A stretch of DNA of 64,000 nt from Pirellulales bacterium (GTDB lineage Bacteria; Planctomycetota; Planctomycetia; Pirellulales; DATAWG01): NCBI GenBank assembly GCA_963725485.1, contig CAVRYO010000006.1, positions 2,573-66,572 on the forward strand, read 5' to 3'. Made by a program: the position numbers and the translations under genes. The notes below the pieces were generated by a model. That model saw nothing but the letters and a program-made list of their open reading frames with translations, was not told the origin of the DNA and searched no databases. Below are positions 1-10,004 of the stretch, piece after piece (within the stretch, counting starts at the first letter, position 1; each line of letters begins with the position of its first letter).

Positions 1-285
1 GATACGTTTGCATAGCGTGTTTTCCTCGGGCGAAAGTGCGTTTTGTCCTTAGCACGGCGATCGACGTTGCCGCGAGGACAGTGAGTACCTCGGCGCTACG
101 AGGAAGGCAAGCAAGTTCGGACCCAGTTCGCGCATCCTGGGTCCGAACTCGTAGCCGACCGATGTTTTTGCGGATGCGGGGAGGCGGCATGCTGCTTCGC
201 CTCACGGGGCAAGATGAACGCCGTTCGTTTAAACGGGACGATTCCCCTTGGCTCTGCGAAACACGCGTCGGAAGCAAGCGCAACG

Positions 286-519
286 TCAGTTTGGCTTGAG
301 TTCCGACGCCTGATCTGCCGCCGCCGACCAAGCGTCAGCTTGGCTGGCCGCCCTGACCAGAATCTTCTGCTCCCCGTTATGGGCGAAGACTTGCCAAACC
401 AGCCCGTTGCCCTCGTCGAAGGCCAGATCGCCGCAACTCCAACCAAGGCAATGGAGCGCGGCGGCACATGTATCCACGGTCGCGCTCGGCTCATCGGACG
501 GGGAATTCATGTTTGGCAT
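286..519 (-). CDS. Small hypothetical protein (phage-island associated)
   Basis: 77-aa ORF with globular-looking composition (LHCLGWSCGD...WQVFAHNGEQKILVRA..Q.DAW); co-oriented with neighbours. Confidence 0.55.
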   Translation of the reverse strand: MPNMNSPSDEPSATVDTCAAALHCLGWSCGDLAFDEGNGLVWQVFAHNGEQKILVRAASQADAWSAAADQASELKPN

Positions 520-560
520 CCCGAATCGTCAGATCTGGTTGTTCCGGGCCACGTCGGCTC

Positions 561-1253
561 TCACTTTTTGCTCGTGTCGAAGCGGATCGAGTCTAAAAAT
601 AGCCTCGCTTCGACGTCGTCTCCGGCGCCCAGGGGGTTGAAAGCTGCCACCTGATACAGATGGTCGCGGTAGAGGAAGACCCTGAATCGCAACGAGTTCG
701 TGCCGCCGACCTTAAATTGGATTTCTCTACCGTCGATGCCGTCAATGGTGATGGCCTGCTCACCCAGAAACTTGTAGGTCGCACCCACATGCTCGCCGAA
801 ATCTGATGCTTTTTCCCGGATGGAGTCGAGCAACTGTTCCCTGGCCAACGGCGAGGCCGGGGTGGCCAAGTTCATGGACATCAACGTATAGCTGGCAGCA
901 TCCGGCCGCGAGAATCTCAGCAGGTGCGATTCGGCGCCCCCGGCTGACCTGGTTGCCTGCTTCGGAGTTCCCGGCAGTTGGACGCTGCAGACACCATCGG
1001 ACGTTTGGTATCGGGTCCACTCCGCCCGGCCCCGATTCGTGGGAACGTCTGTCTGCGCAAAGCCGCGAATCCCCAACACGAGGCCAAGCACGATCAGCAA
1101 TGGTCCAACGAATCTGATACGGTCGACGAAACGACGATGCGAGGCGTCATGTCCGGTGCTCGCGAGTGAGGCTTTGCCGGCACCAGTCCGAGCCAGCAGC
1201 ATTAATACGAGGCCGGCGAGAACCGGGAATGCCGCCCTCCAGTGCGGGAACAA
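561..1253 (-). CDS. Hypothetical membrane protein with C-terminal PsbP/Mog1-like soluble domain
   Basis: 230 aa; two N-terminal hydrophobic segments; motifs SVQLPGTP, IDGIDGREIQF, FLDSIRF typical of PsbP-like folds. Confidence 0.55.
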   Translation of the reverse strand: MFPHWRAAFPVLAGLVLMLLARTGAGKASLASTGHDASHRRFVDRIRFVGPLLIVLGLVLGIRGFAQTDVPTNRGRAEWTRYQTSDGVCSVQLPGTPKQATRSAGGAESHLLRFSRPDAASYTLMSMNLATPASPLAREQLLDSIREKASDFGEHVGATYKFLGEQAITIDGIDGREIQFKVGGTNSLRFRVFLYRDHLYQVAAFNPLGAGDDVEARLFLDSIRFDTSKK

Positions 1254-1265
1254 TCAGATCATGGT

Positions 1266-1839
1266 TCATCGGTACTCTACCGATTTAGCCCGCCGCAGAG
1301 CTGCGTTCCGCTTGAGATGGGTCTCGCTCATTTGCCGGCGTGTCTTGGCCGAATGCCGGCTCCCCAGCCGGGCCGCGAGCAGGATCTGCAACACATGGGG
1401 CGGCCGTTTCTGGCCGCGTTTTGAGGCCGCGATCTTCGCACGTCGCTCGGGATCCTGCGCCTTCGACCAGGCCTTGCGCTGAGCCCGCTTGAAGAATGGC
1501 TCTTGTCCGTATTCACATTTCAGGCGACGGGTGCCGTCGTTGGCGGGCTGAACGCCCAGAGACTTGCGCCAGACCGTGACCGTTTGAGGCGTGACGCCCC
1601 ACCAGTGTGCGACCGCCAGGTTCGACTCTTTTCGGACTGCCCGCGCCAAGCCGCCAAACACGACCAATCCTGCCGCTGTCGCGCCATGGCGCCTGCCGCA
1701 GCGGCCAGGCGATTCTTCCATCGCTCAGGCTGACGATCCGCACTTCACCGCGAACCTGATCAACGGCGGTGGCTCCGTACCGGAACCGTGGGGCGCGATA
1801 GGGACCAAAGTGCAGTTGATACCGGGTCGCTTGACGCAT
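1266..1839 (-). CDS. NUMOD3-like motif DNA-binding protein (frameshifted)
   Basis: Joins two ORFs: MRQATRYQLHFGPYRAPRF... then AVAHWWGVTPQTVTVWRK (HTH-like), KIAASKRGQKRP and HSAKTRRQMSETH (NUMOD3-like). Confidence 0.55.
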
Positions 1840-2013
1840 CGAGCTAAGCAGGCGTTTGGCGAATGATCGGAGAATGTGGCCGGTGTGGCTTCGCGGCCAA
1901 TTGGACATACGCGAAATACGTGGCCGCAACTACTGCGAATAGCATTGCGGCCCGGATCAGCAGCGTGCGCAGTCGGCGGGGGTTCTCGTCCATGCCTGCC
2001 ATTGTAGTCGAGG

Positions 2014-2253
2014 TTACGATGCGGATGCTGTGGTTCGCTCGCACTTCGCCAATCTCTCTTCCAGCGCCTTGAGCCGTGCTTCTACTTGGATGAAGGCTTG
2101 GTACATCGTGGAACTCAGCAATGAGAGCATGATGAATGCGATTGCAGCGGGGAGTGCCATTGTGCCGCCGCGAAAGGCTCCCCAGGCCAAGAAGATGGCG
2201 CCCCCCACGAGCCAAATGACGGCAAGTCCACCAATTGCGGCGCGCGGACGCAT
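2014..2253 (-). CDS. Small two-TM hypothetical membrane protein
   Basis: 79 aa, two hydrophobic helices then coiled-coil (EARLKALEERL). Confidence 0.5.
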   Translation of the reverse strand: MRPRAAIGGLAVIWLVGGAIFLAWGAFRGGTMALPAAIAFIMLSLLSSTMYQAFIQVEARLKALEERLAKCERTTASAS

Positions 2254-2352
2254 GGGTTTTCTCCGGTGGGTTAATGGGGACGTTTCGCGTGCCTGCCATC
2301 ATAGGGCGGGATAGTGCCACAGGCCACATGAATCAGCGAATCGATTGTGCCG

Positions 2353-2505
2353 ATGTTGGCCTTTCTGGGCCGACTCCGCAAGCGAATGGATGCAACCGGT
2401 TTTCCGCCGGATGATCGGCTGCTCAAAACAGTCAACAAGGCCTACGATACCATGCACGAACTGCGGGTCCTGCTGCATTATTTGGCATGCGAGCGGACAG
2501 CGTAA
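2353..2505 (+). CDS. Small hypothetical protein (possibly 5'-degenerate)
   Basis: Hand translation MLAFLGRLRKRMDATGFPPDDRLLKTVNKAYDTMHELRVLLHYLACERTA*; protein-like amphipathic helices. Confidence 0.4.
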   Translation: MLAFLGRLRKRMDATGFPPDDRLLKTVNKAYDTMHELRVLLHYLACERTA

Positions 2506-2525
2506 CTGGCTACCGGCGTCGGTGT

Positions 2526-3090
2526 CTAACTGGACCGGTGCACGTATCGAAACCGCCGCGCCCCCGAGAAATCCCCTTGCACGCAGTTGGGCCGCCGCTC
2601 GATTCTCAAAAACTTCGGCGGCACAAATTGCTGGCCGTAGCGGCAAAGTCGCGAGAATGCGCCGGACGCCGCGTCCACCTGGTCGTCGTGCCGACCGTTG
2701 GGAAACATCGCCAACTCGTCCAAGAAGTCCGCGTTCCATTCCCCTTTGACCAGCGAGACGTTGCGGATTCCGCATTGGGACGCCAGCGGCTGGGCCCGCA
2801 CCTCTTTGGCTCCGGTCGGTCGTTCGGCCGAGACGGTAAATCCCGCCAGACTTCGCACCAGGTAATCGGCGACTGACTTGCCTGCCGAGCCCGGCTCTTG
2901 TTCGAGCATGATGCTGACGGACTGCCCGTCGCGCCGGGCCGTCTGCCGGATCACCATGTCGCGCTGGGCCGGACTCCATTTGCCCCGCTGCACATCCTCG
3001 ACGAAGTACATCCCTTCGGTATTACGGCTCATCAGCACGCCGCAGGTGTAATCGCCGTCGACCGACGCGGCCAAGTCCCAATAACGCGAT
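2526..3090 (-). pseudogene. Isolated C-terminal RNase H-like nuclease domain of a phage terminase large subunit (Terminase_6C-type)
   Basis: RYWDLAAS...DYTCG...EQEPGSAGK...KEVRA...FPNGRHDDQVDA motifs; no ATPase domain upstream. Confidence 0.8.
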
Positions 3091-3238
3091 GGTCGAATGC
3101 TAAGGGTATTTGCAGCTTTTTATCGGGAAAGATTCTGGGGATTTCAGCGATGATTGGCTGGATGTTTTGGGCGACCCGAGGTAACTGTCGTGTGTCGCAT
3201 GTACATGCGGATAGTAGCACCAACCAAGGAGCCGAACG

Positions 3239-3625
3239 ATGAACGCCAGCGACGCCAGCCAAAACGACGACTTCGATTTCGACCTCGACATCACGAAGGT
3301 CACCCGCCGCGCCTCGGGAGGCGGCAGTTGGGTTTGCGGAACGGTCAACGCGGAATACCGCTTCGACGCGCTGGTCTTCCCCGAACACGCCGAGAACCGC
3401 GAGTGGGAGATTGGCGACAGCCGCATCTCGAAACTTTGGGTCCAGCGGTTGGCCGACAAACGAACCGTCTATGCCTGGGACCGCGGAGAGGACTCGCCCG
3501 CGTTGACGGGCGAGGCGGCGGCAATCGTCGATTTCCTGTGCGTGGGCCTCGCGGATTTCGCTTATCCCGGAATAAGCCGAAACGCCCCCCGCGGGCGTCG
3601 CGGCGGGTGGTTCCCGCCGGCCTGA
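3239..3625 (+). CDS. Hypothetical phage-island protein
   Basis: 128 aa with RBS (AAGGAG) upstream; motifs WVCG, YRFDALVF, SRISKLW, WDRG; phage-like codon usage. Confidence 0.7.
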   Translation: MNASDASQNDDFDFDLDITKVTRRASGGGSWVCGTVNAEYRFDALVFPEHAENREWEIGDSRISKLWVQRLADKRTVYAWDRGEDSPALTGEAAAIVDFLCVGLADFAYPGISRNAPRGRRGGWFPPA

Positions 3626-3669
3626 CGATGGCAGCCTTTCCGTCGAACCCCAAACGTAGGAGTCGAACC

Positions 3670-4017
3670 ATGTCCAAGACGAAGACCACCAAGAAGGCCG
3701 CGGCCCCGAACGCGACCAAGACAGCGAAGGCCGCGAAGGCGAAACCCGCCGCCAAGAAGGCGAAGGCCAACGGCGAGGCCAAGGCGAAGAAGCTCAGCGC
3801 CATCGACGCCGCCGCGCAACTGCTCGCCGCGTCGAAGGAGCCGATGGGCTGCAAGGAGTTGATCGAGGCGATGGCCGCGAAGGGCCTCTGGACCAGCCCC
3901 GGCGGCAAGACGCCGCACGCCACGCTCTACAGCGCCATCCTGCGGGAGATCACGACCAAGGGGAAGGACGCCCGGTTCGTGAAGACGGAACGCGGCAGGT
4001 TCGCCGCCAACGGGTGA
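3670..4017 (+). CDS. Winged-helix (HARE-HTH-like) DNA-binding protein with Lys/Ala-rich N-terminal tail
   Basis: AGGAG RBS; MSKTKTTKKAAAP...KKLSAIDAAAQLL...GKTPHATLYSAILREI...RFVKTERGRF. Confidence 0.8.
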   Translation: MSKTKTTKKAAAPNATKTAKAAKAKPAAKKAKANGEAKAKKLSAIDAAAQLLAASKEPMGCKELIEAMAAKGLWTSPGGKTPHATLYSAILREITTKGKDARFVKTERGRFAANG

Positions 4018-4039
4018 CGCCCGCCACGGGTTCCGCCCC

Positions 4040-4072
4040 AACGCCCCACGTTCGCCACGTCGGGGCGTTTTG
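4040..4072 (+). terminator. Probable intrinsic terminator
   Basis: AACGCCCC/GGGGCGTT stem followed by T-run just after the HTH gene stop, between convergent genes. Confidence 0.5.
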
Positions 4073-4166
4073 TCGTTGGAGCGGACGGTTGGCCATCGGC
4101 GCTCGTTAGACGCGACTCGGGCCAACGTCGCTATTCACCGCCCCCGGGATTCGTCTGGGCTCGCGC

Positions 4167-5791
4167 TTAAATTAGAATCCCCCAGCTCGGCTCGTCGGAG
4201 ACGGGATTGTCCTGCGCCAAACTCAAACCCATGATCAGGGCCACGATCCCGTCGATCCGCTCCCGGCTCCGCTTCTTGGACGGCTTCCAGTTATCGGCCG
4301 CGTCGGTCTCCAGCGAGACGTTGTTGGCCATCCACCGCAGCACGGGATGACCCCCGTGTGCCAGTTGGCCGCCGAGCAGGAGCTGCTCGAGCCGCTTCGT
4401 CGGCGAGTTCATGCTCTTGTAGCCTTGTCCGAAGGCGACGACCTCGAATCCGTCGCCTTCCAACTGGGTCGCCAATTGCGTGGCGTTCCAGCGGTCCAGG
4501 GCAATCATCTTGATCGCATATCGTTGCCCAAGCTCGCTGATCCGCGCGGATGCGGTCGTAATCGATGACTTCTCCTGGCGTGGCTTCGATCAACCCCTGC
4601 CGCACCCATTCGGTATAGGGCACTCGGTCTCGGCGATCACGACGGCGCATTCCTTCTTCCGGAATCCAGAAGAACGGTAAGACCACGAACCGGTCTTCGA
4701 TCGGGAACACCAGCACGAAGGCCGACAGGTCGGTCGTGCTCGATAAGTCCAGCCCGGCGAAGCAGTGTTTCCCGTCCAGATCATCGATCATCGCCGAGCA
4801 GGCGTCCCATTTCTCCAGACTCAGCCAGCGAGTTTCCGATTCGACCCATTGATTGAGCCGGTAGCGACGAAACGAGTGCTCCTTCGCCGGCGATTCTTGC
4901 GCTTCGCGGCAATCTTCGGCGAACTGATCCTCGCTGACCGTCACGCCGAAGCTCGGATTCGCCTTTCGCCAGACCGCTGGGTCGGTCCAATCCTCGTCGA
5001 TCTCGGCCGCCGCGATGTAGGCGAAGAACGCGCTGTCCTGGATCACGCCCGACAGCACCTGCTCGGCGTAGGCGTGCTGTTCCCAGCAGATCGAGTGCCT
5101 GTCGAAGCCGGCCGTCGTGATGCTCAAGAGCAGCGGCTGACGACGCGAGGCCCCGGCGTACCGCAGCGTGTCCCACAGATCACGGGTACGCTGGGCGTGG
5201 AGTTCGTCGAGCAACACGGCATGAGCGTTCAGTCCTTCCTTGGCCGGCACATCGGCCGACAAGGCCCGATAGAACGACCGCGTGCGCGGAAACGTAATCC
5301 GCTTGGTCGAGCGAACCACATTGAGTCGCCCGGTCAGTGCGGGCGAGTAATCGACCATGTTGGCCGCTTCGTTGAACACGATCGACGCCTGATCACGATC
5401 GACCGCAGCGCGTATAGACCTCGGCGCCTGGTTCCCGGTCCCCGCACAACAGATACAGGCTCAAGCCCGAGAACATCTGCGATTTGCCATTCTTCTTCGG
5501 CACCTCGATGTAGCCGCGGCGGAAACGGCGCGTCCCGTCCGCCCGCTTCCAACCAAAAAGCGGCGCGACGACCGATTGCCATTGCCAATCGAGCAGCTCA
5601 AACGGTTGCTTGGCCCACTGCCCCTTGGAGTGCCGCAGGAACTTGCCGAAGAAGTCGCGGACGCGCTGGGCGGCCGAGATGTCGAACGTGCAGCCTTCGA
5701 GCAGCGCCCGCTCGTCGGCTTCGCTCCGAATCCATTCGCCCCAACCGGCCGCCTTGGCGTCGGCCAGGATCTGTGCCAGCGCCACCATCAA
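4167..5791 (-). CDS. terL: Phage terminase large subunit (Terminase_1 type; two frameshifts)
   Basis: Walker A VPKKNGKS, Walker B LLDELH, SITTAG, GLDLSSTTD, RIDGIVA across three consecutive ORFs. Confidence 0.92.
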
Positions 5792-6252
5792 CCGGTCTCC
5801 GTGAAGCGATCGAACTCCGCGGTGTCGTCATCGTCGGACGGCAAACGAATGCGGCTGCGGCTCGAGGGAGTCAGCCCGAACTCGACGAGGAACTTCCGCA
5901 TCAACTCCAGCGCCTGATCGGCGATCGTCAGATAGGGGCTCTTCATGGGGAACCCTTTGTCGGGCGACTTGACGATCGGGCCGTGTTTCTTGACCTGCAC
6001 TTCGGCATTCCGCCAGCGGCTCCAGGCGGTGCAATAGGCGGCCAGCGCCGCCCGATCGCAACGGCAGAGCACGCCCATGTCCCGCAACTCCGGGACGATG
6101 CGATTCCACTCGTTCGTCGCCTCCTCATCCATGCCGAGCGGCAGTTCAGGCACGCCCGTCGCAACTCCCGGTTCTCGGTCGTTAATCCTTCGCTTGCCAG
6201 GGTTTCCGTCGAGCAACTTGAGCACAGTCGGCTTCGGTTTTCTACCCCTCAT
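5788..6252 (-). CDS. terS: P27-family phage terminase small subunit
   Basis: MRGRKPKPTVLKLLDGNPGKR...LAAYC..W...EFGLTPSSRSR signature. Confidence 0.92.
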   Translation of the reverse strand: MRGRKPKPTVLKLLDGNPGKRRINDREPGVATGVPELPLGMDEEATNEWNRIVPELRDMGVLCRCDRAALAAYCTAWSRWRNAEVQVKKHGPIVKSPDKGFPMKSPYLTIADQALELMRKFLVEFGLTPSSRSRIRLPSDDDDTAEFDRFTETG

Positions 6253-6367
6253 GGATACTCCTAATCCCTCGGAACCCCCCCAGCCCAATTTCGCGGAAAA
6301 GCGCGTTTCGGGGGGCGTGTGGTTTCCCGCGCAAGGTGGTAGAGATTGACTCCCCCCCACCGGTCTA
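6253..6367 (-). other. Putative cos/packaging site region
   Basis: Non-coding gap between HNH and terS with G-runs (GGGGGGAGTCAATCTCT...CGCG...GGGGGGG), the usual cos position in HNH-P27 terminase phages; inferred from position. Confidence 0.4.
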
Positions 6368-6823
6368 TCACGCATGGCCATACGTTTCGGTTCTAGGGGG
6401 TTCCTCCAGTCGATTCGCCTGTTCGCGGTTGGCGATCTGCTCAGGTATGAGCGGTCCGACGCGATGGCCATACTTCCGTAGGTCGACCGACGTCTTCCGC
6501 CGGTGGCAGTCGCCGCAAAGAACCTGGGTGTTGCCAATATCCAAGCGCCAATCGGGACGCACGTAGATCGGCACGATGTGGTCCACGATCTTCGAGAGCG
6601 TGAGGATGTCGAGCCGCAGGCAGTCTTGGCAGAGCCCGAAGTCCAAACGTCGGCGCAGCGCTGCGACCTTGCTCCATGCGCCGTCGTAGCCACGTTCGTT
6701 TGCGGTGCCGCGACCACGGTCGGCATTGCGCCAAGCCGTGGCGGCGTGCTGGTCGCAATAGCGGCCGCGCGTCGGGCATCGACAGCCAGGGTGGCGGCAG
6801 AGGGTTTTGAGGCGTTGGGGCAT
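6368..6823 (-). CDS. HNH endonuclease (terminase-associated)
   Basis: CRHPGC...YCDQH...RGY...W, LCQDC, VDHIVP, NTQVLCGDCHRRKT. Confidence 0.9.
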   Translation of the reverse strand: MPQRLKTLCRHPGCRCPTRGRYCDQHAATAWRNADRGRGTANERGYDGAWSKVAALRRRLDFGLCQDCLRLDILTLSKIVDHIVPIYVRPDWRLDIGNTQVLCGDCHRRKTSVDLRKYGHRVGPLIPEQIANREQANRLEEPPRTETYGHA

Positions 6824-6953
6824 CGAAGTAAAACCGAGTTAGCGAAACGTCAATTCATTGGCATTGGGGAAGCTGGTGCAGATAGAATGCGGGCTCTCGA
6901 ACTGGGCTGGCTCCAGCTCATACCCGTTGGAATTCCAAATGGAGGGTAGCCGT

Positions 6954-7262
6954 ATGTCGCCAGTCGCATTGAAAGGCATCGGAATCGGCTGCTTCGTCGT
7001 GTGCGCGATTCTGTTGTTCGTCGCGTGGGATCGGTATCAAGACAACGCCAACCAAGTCGACGCCATCAACAAAATAGCCGGCCCGTGGGTGGCGCTGGCA
7101 CCCTTGTACGGCGTCAAAGTGGAACCAGGAATGCCCGAAGCGACGAAATACGCTCTGTTCTTTGCCGCTCTCACGGCCATCGGCGGGATCGTTTGTTTTG
7201 CCATGAGCCCAAAGATGGGACCCGCCCAGCCGTCGCAACGAACCCCACCCCCGATTCCGTAA
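6954..7262 (+). CDS. Small membrane protein (moron-like, opposite strand)
   Basis: GGAGG RBS; hydrophobic segments at both ends; inserted between methylase and HNH. Confidence 0.6.
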   Translation: MSPVALKGIGIGCFVVCAILLFVAWDRYQDNANQVDAINKIAGPWVALAPLYGVKVEPGMPEATKYALFFAALTAIGGIVCFAMSPKMGPAQPSQRTPPPIP

Positions 7263-7270
7263 TGCGCGCG

Positions 7271-8626
7271 TCATCGCATGTTCTCCTCGCGCGGCTTCAT
7301 CGGCAGCGGCGATTCTCCGGTCCGTGCCAGGATCGCCGGCTTGCCGGTGAATCTTTGGAAGCGGTCCGCTATTACGTCACAGTAGGGCGGATCGAGTTCC
7401 ATCAGAAACGCCTTGCGACCCGTCTGCTCGGCGGCGATCAACGTCGAGCCGCTTCCGCCGAACAGGTCCAGCACGTTCTCGCCTGGCCGCGACGAATACT
7501 GCATGGCCCGAACAGCAAGCTCAGCCGGTTTGGCCGTTAAATGTTCCATGCTTTGAGGGTTAATCTTCTTCACGTGCCAGAGATCGGTGGCGTTGTTCGG
7601 GCCGAGGTAGACGTGCGCCGCGCCTTCTCGCCAACCGTAGAAGCACCATCTCGAACGCGCCCATGAAGTCCTTGCGGGTCAGCACCGGATGCTGCTTGTC
7701 CCAGATGATGCCTTGGCTGAAGTACAACCCGTGCTTCTTCAGGACCGGCGGATAGTTGCCGCAGTTGGCATATCCGCCCCAGATGTAGAAGCCACGTCCT
7801 GGCGTCAGCACGCGGGCCATGTTCCCGAACCAAGCGTCGAGCAGACTGATCGAACGCTTCGTCGGTCACGAAGTCGTTGGCCAACGGCCGATCCTTGGCC
7901 CGCATTTTCTTGTGCGTCGCCTTCGCCTTCTCGGGATGCCGCTCCAGGTCGAACTTCTGGTGGTGCTTGTTCGGGTTGGCAAAGCTGCTGTTGCCCGCGG
8001 CGATGGCGTTGTTCGAGCGCGGCTCGACCTTCACGTTGTACGGCGGGTCGGTGTTGACCAGATGGATCGTCGCGCCGTCGAGCAGCCGGTCCACGTCTTC
8101 GGGCTTGCTGCTGTCGCCGCAGAGCAGGCGGTGGTCGCCAAGAATCCAGAGATCGCCGGGCTGCGTCGTCGCTTCGTCGGGCGGCGCCGGGCACGTCGTC
8201 CGGATCGCAGAGGCCTTCATTGCAGATCGCCGATTGAGCAGCTTGGCCAACTCGTCCTGGTCGAAACCCAAGCAGCGACAGGTCGAAGTTCGAGATTCTG
8301 CAGGTCGTGCAGTTCGATCGGCAGCAGGTCGAAGTCCCACTCGGCCAGCGTCGTTCGTCTGGTTGTCGGCGATCCGATAGGCCTTGATCTGGGCCGGCGT
8401 CAGATCTTTGGCGACGTGGACCGGCACCTTTTCCAGGCCCAGCTTCTGCGCCGCCTTCCAGCGCGTGTGGCCGACGATGATCACGCCGTCGGCATCGACG
8501 ACGATCGGCTGGCGGAAGCCGAATTCACGGATGGACGCGCGACGGCATCCACGGCGTCGTCGTTGACCCGCGGGTTGTTCGGGATAGGGCTTGATGTCGA
8601 GACGTTTTCCGCAGCTCGATCTTCAT
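7271..8626 (-). CDS. ParB/Srx-domain + DNA N4/N6 methyltransferase (frameshifted)
   Basis: N-term PNNPRVNDDAV...GHTRWKAAQKLG...ADN; HRLLCGDS, TDPPYNV, H.T.KP, VLDLFGGSGST, ELDPPYCD. Confidence 0.92.
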
Positions 8627-8719
8627 CGGAGCGCACCTTAAGCACAGGGTTATGTGCTGGTGGCTCCGAGCAGCGGAGTGCGGCCCCGGCAATCCAGGGC
8701 GGCGGGCAGGCGGACCAGA
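8627..8719 (-). promoter_or_regulatory. Conserved structured leader, copy 1 (directly before ParB-MTase ATG)
   Basis: Near-identical to 11335-11394 and 31046-31138; stems conserved, loops differ. Confidence 0.6.
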
Positions 8720-8796
8720 GAAACCGCTTGCCGCTTGTATCTATCGCCACCCATTCTACCAAAATGAGTGGCGTTCGTCACGTTCCGCCGGCGGCG

Positions 8797-9640
8797 GGTA
8801 GTGGGGTCTTATGAATTTTCTTTTCCCGAAGAAAGTTCGGCGGTCTGAAATCAAGAATCTTTCGGCCGACGAGTGAATGCGCGCCACGCCGCCCAACAAA
8901 TGCCCAACATCATGGCGGCACACCAGGTAGCATCCAATATCCACGCCGTGCGCTCGCATGTAGAGAGAGGATGGCGTAGCCGAACGCGATGACCATGAAA
9001 AGGCCGCCGTATATTTTCTGGTTGCCGCGTTCCATGCCCCCAACATACCCGAGCCGAAGTGGCGCAAAAAAGCAAGTCACCTGAAAGCGGGCCCCCCTCG
9101 ATCCGGCCTTCAAACGCATTCCATCGCCCGGTCGTACAGTTCTTCCAGCGTCCAAACGTCGCCTATCACGCCAGCGGCAACGGCCGGAGCGGTCTTTAGC
9201 GTGCCGTGGATGCGGCAGAAGTTGTAATGGGCCGCATGGATCGCAACCGCAGCCGCGAGGTTTTCCAGCTTCTTGCTGAATCCCAGCGTCAAGCGGGTGA
9301 ACCGACGCATGAACGTCCGAATGGTTAAGTTGGATCGCTCGACATGGCTGGTACATATCGTGCACTGCTCGCGGCTGTTTATACTGAATATGCCACGGCT
9401 TGCTGCCCACTATCTCGCTCGGAACATAGGTCGGCTGGCGTTGCGGAATTCAATCACAATGCTGCCGTACTTCACGTTCGGCCCGAACGCGAGGTCAACC
9501 GCTTCGGGATAGCATTGAAAGCCATCGGTTGAAATCTGGACGACTGGCTCATTGCGGAAGATGTTTCCGGTAACAACGCGGCCGCGTAGATCGACCATGA
9601 ATCGCCGGGTTAGGATTCGGCGATCCGTCATAGGTAGCGT
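8797..9640 (-). mobile_element. IS1-family transposase remnant (3' part, 9110-9640) with IR-like end and small passenger ORF
   Basis: QISTDG..Y, ICTSHVERSNLTIR, RRFTRLTLGFSKKLEN, YNFCRIH, PAVAAG; GGTAGTGGGGTC at 8797 resembles the IR at 20771. Confidence 0.75.
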
Positions 9641-9699
9641 TCCTGTTGCCGCTAGAGACTCGCGGCCCACTTGAATTCGGCCGTCGCCTGCGGGATAGA

Positions 9700-10004
9700 C
9701 GGTCCAGAAACGTCGCGTACAGATCGTCGCGCGACTGAGGGCGTGTCGCATCTTCAGTGGTTAACCTGACGTCCGGATTGCCTCTCAATCGGTATTCGCC
9801 CCGATTGACGCGATCGATGCCATGCCCCTCGGTCGTTGTGAGGACGAGCAGTCCAGGCTCGACACGCGCGCGATCCCGATCGTGGACGCCGGTGAAATGA
9901 GTCCAAATCTCGATCGTGTGCGCCTCGCCATCTTGGGTGTAGGCTGTGAAGCTTCCGATGCACTCCAAATGCGATCGATCGGGACTGTTGTCCGGCTGCC
10001 GCAC
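9700..10004 (-). CDS. Hypothetical protein
   Basis: Protein-like ORF segment FTAYTQDGEAHTIEIW...LTTTEGHGIDRVNRGEY; 3' end uncertain. Confidence 0.45.

Noticed and set aside
4765-6264. Long antisense or alternate-frame ORFs (e.g. 499 aa here, 23183-23962, 43296-44477)
   Set aside because: Shadow ORFs of well-supported genes in high-GC DNA, with no recognisable motifs.
8627-8690. Known SAM or SAH riboswitch ahead of the methylase
   Set aside because: It does not match the SAM-I/II/V or SAH consensus as I recall them; kept only as an unclassified structured leader.
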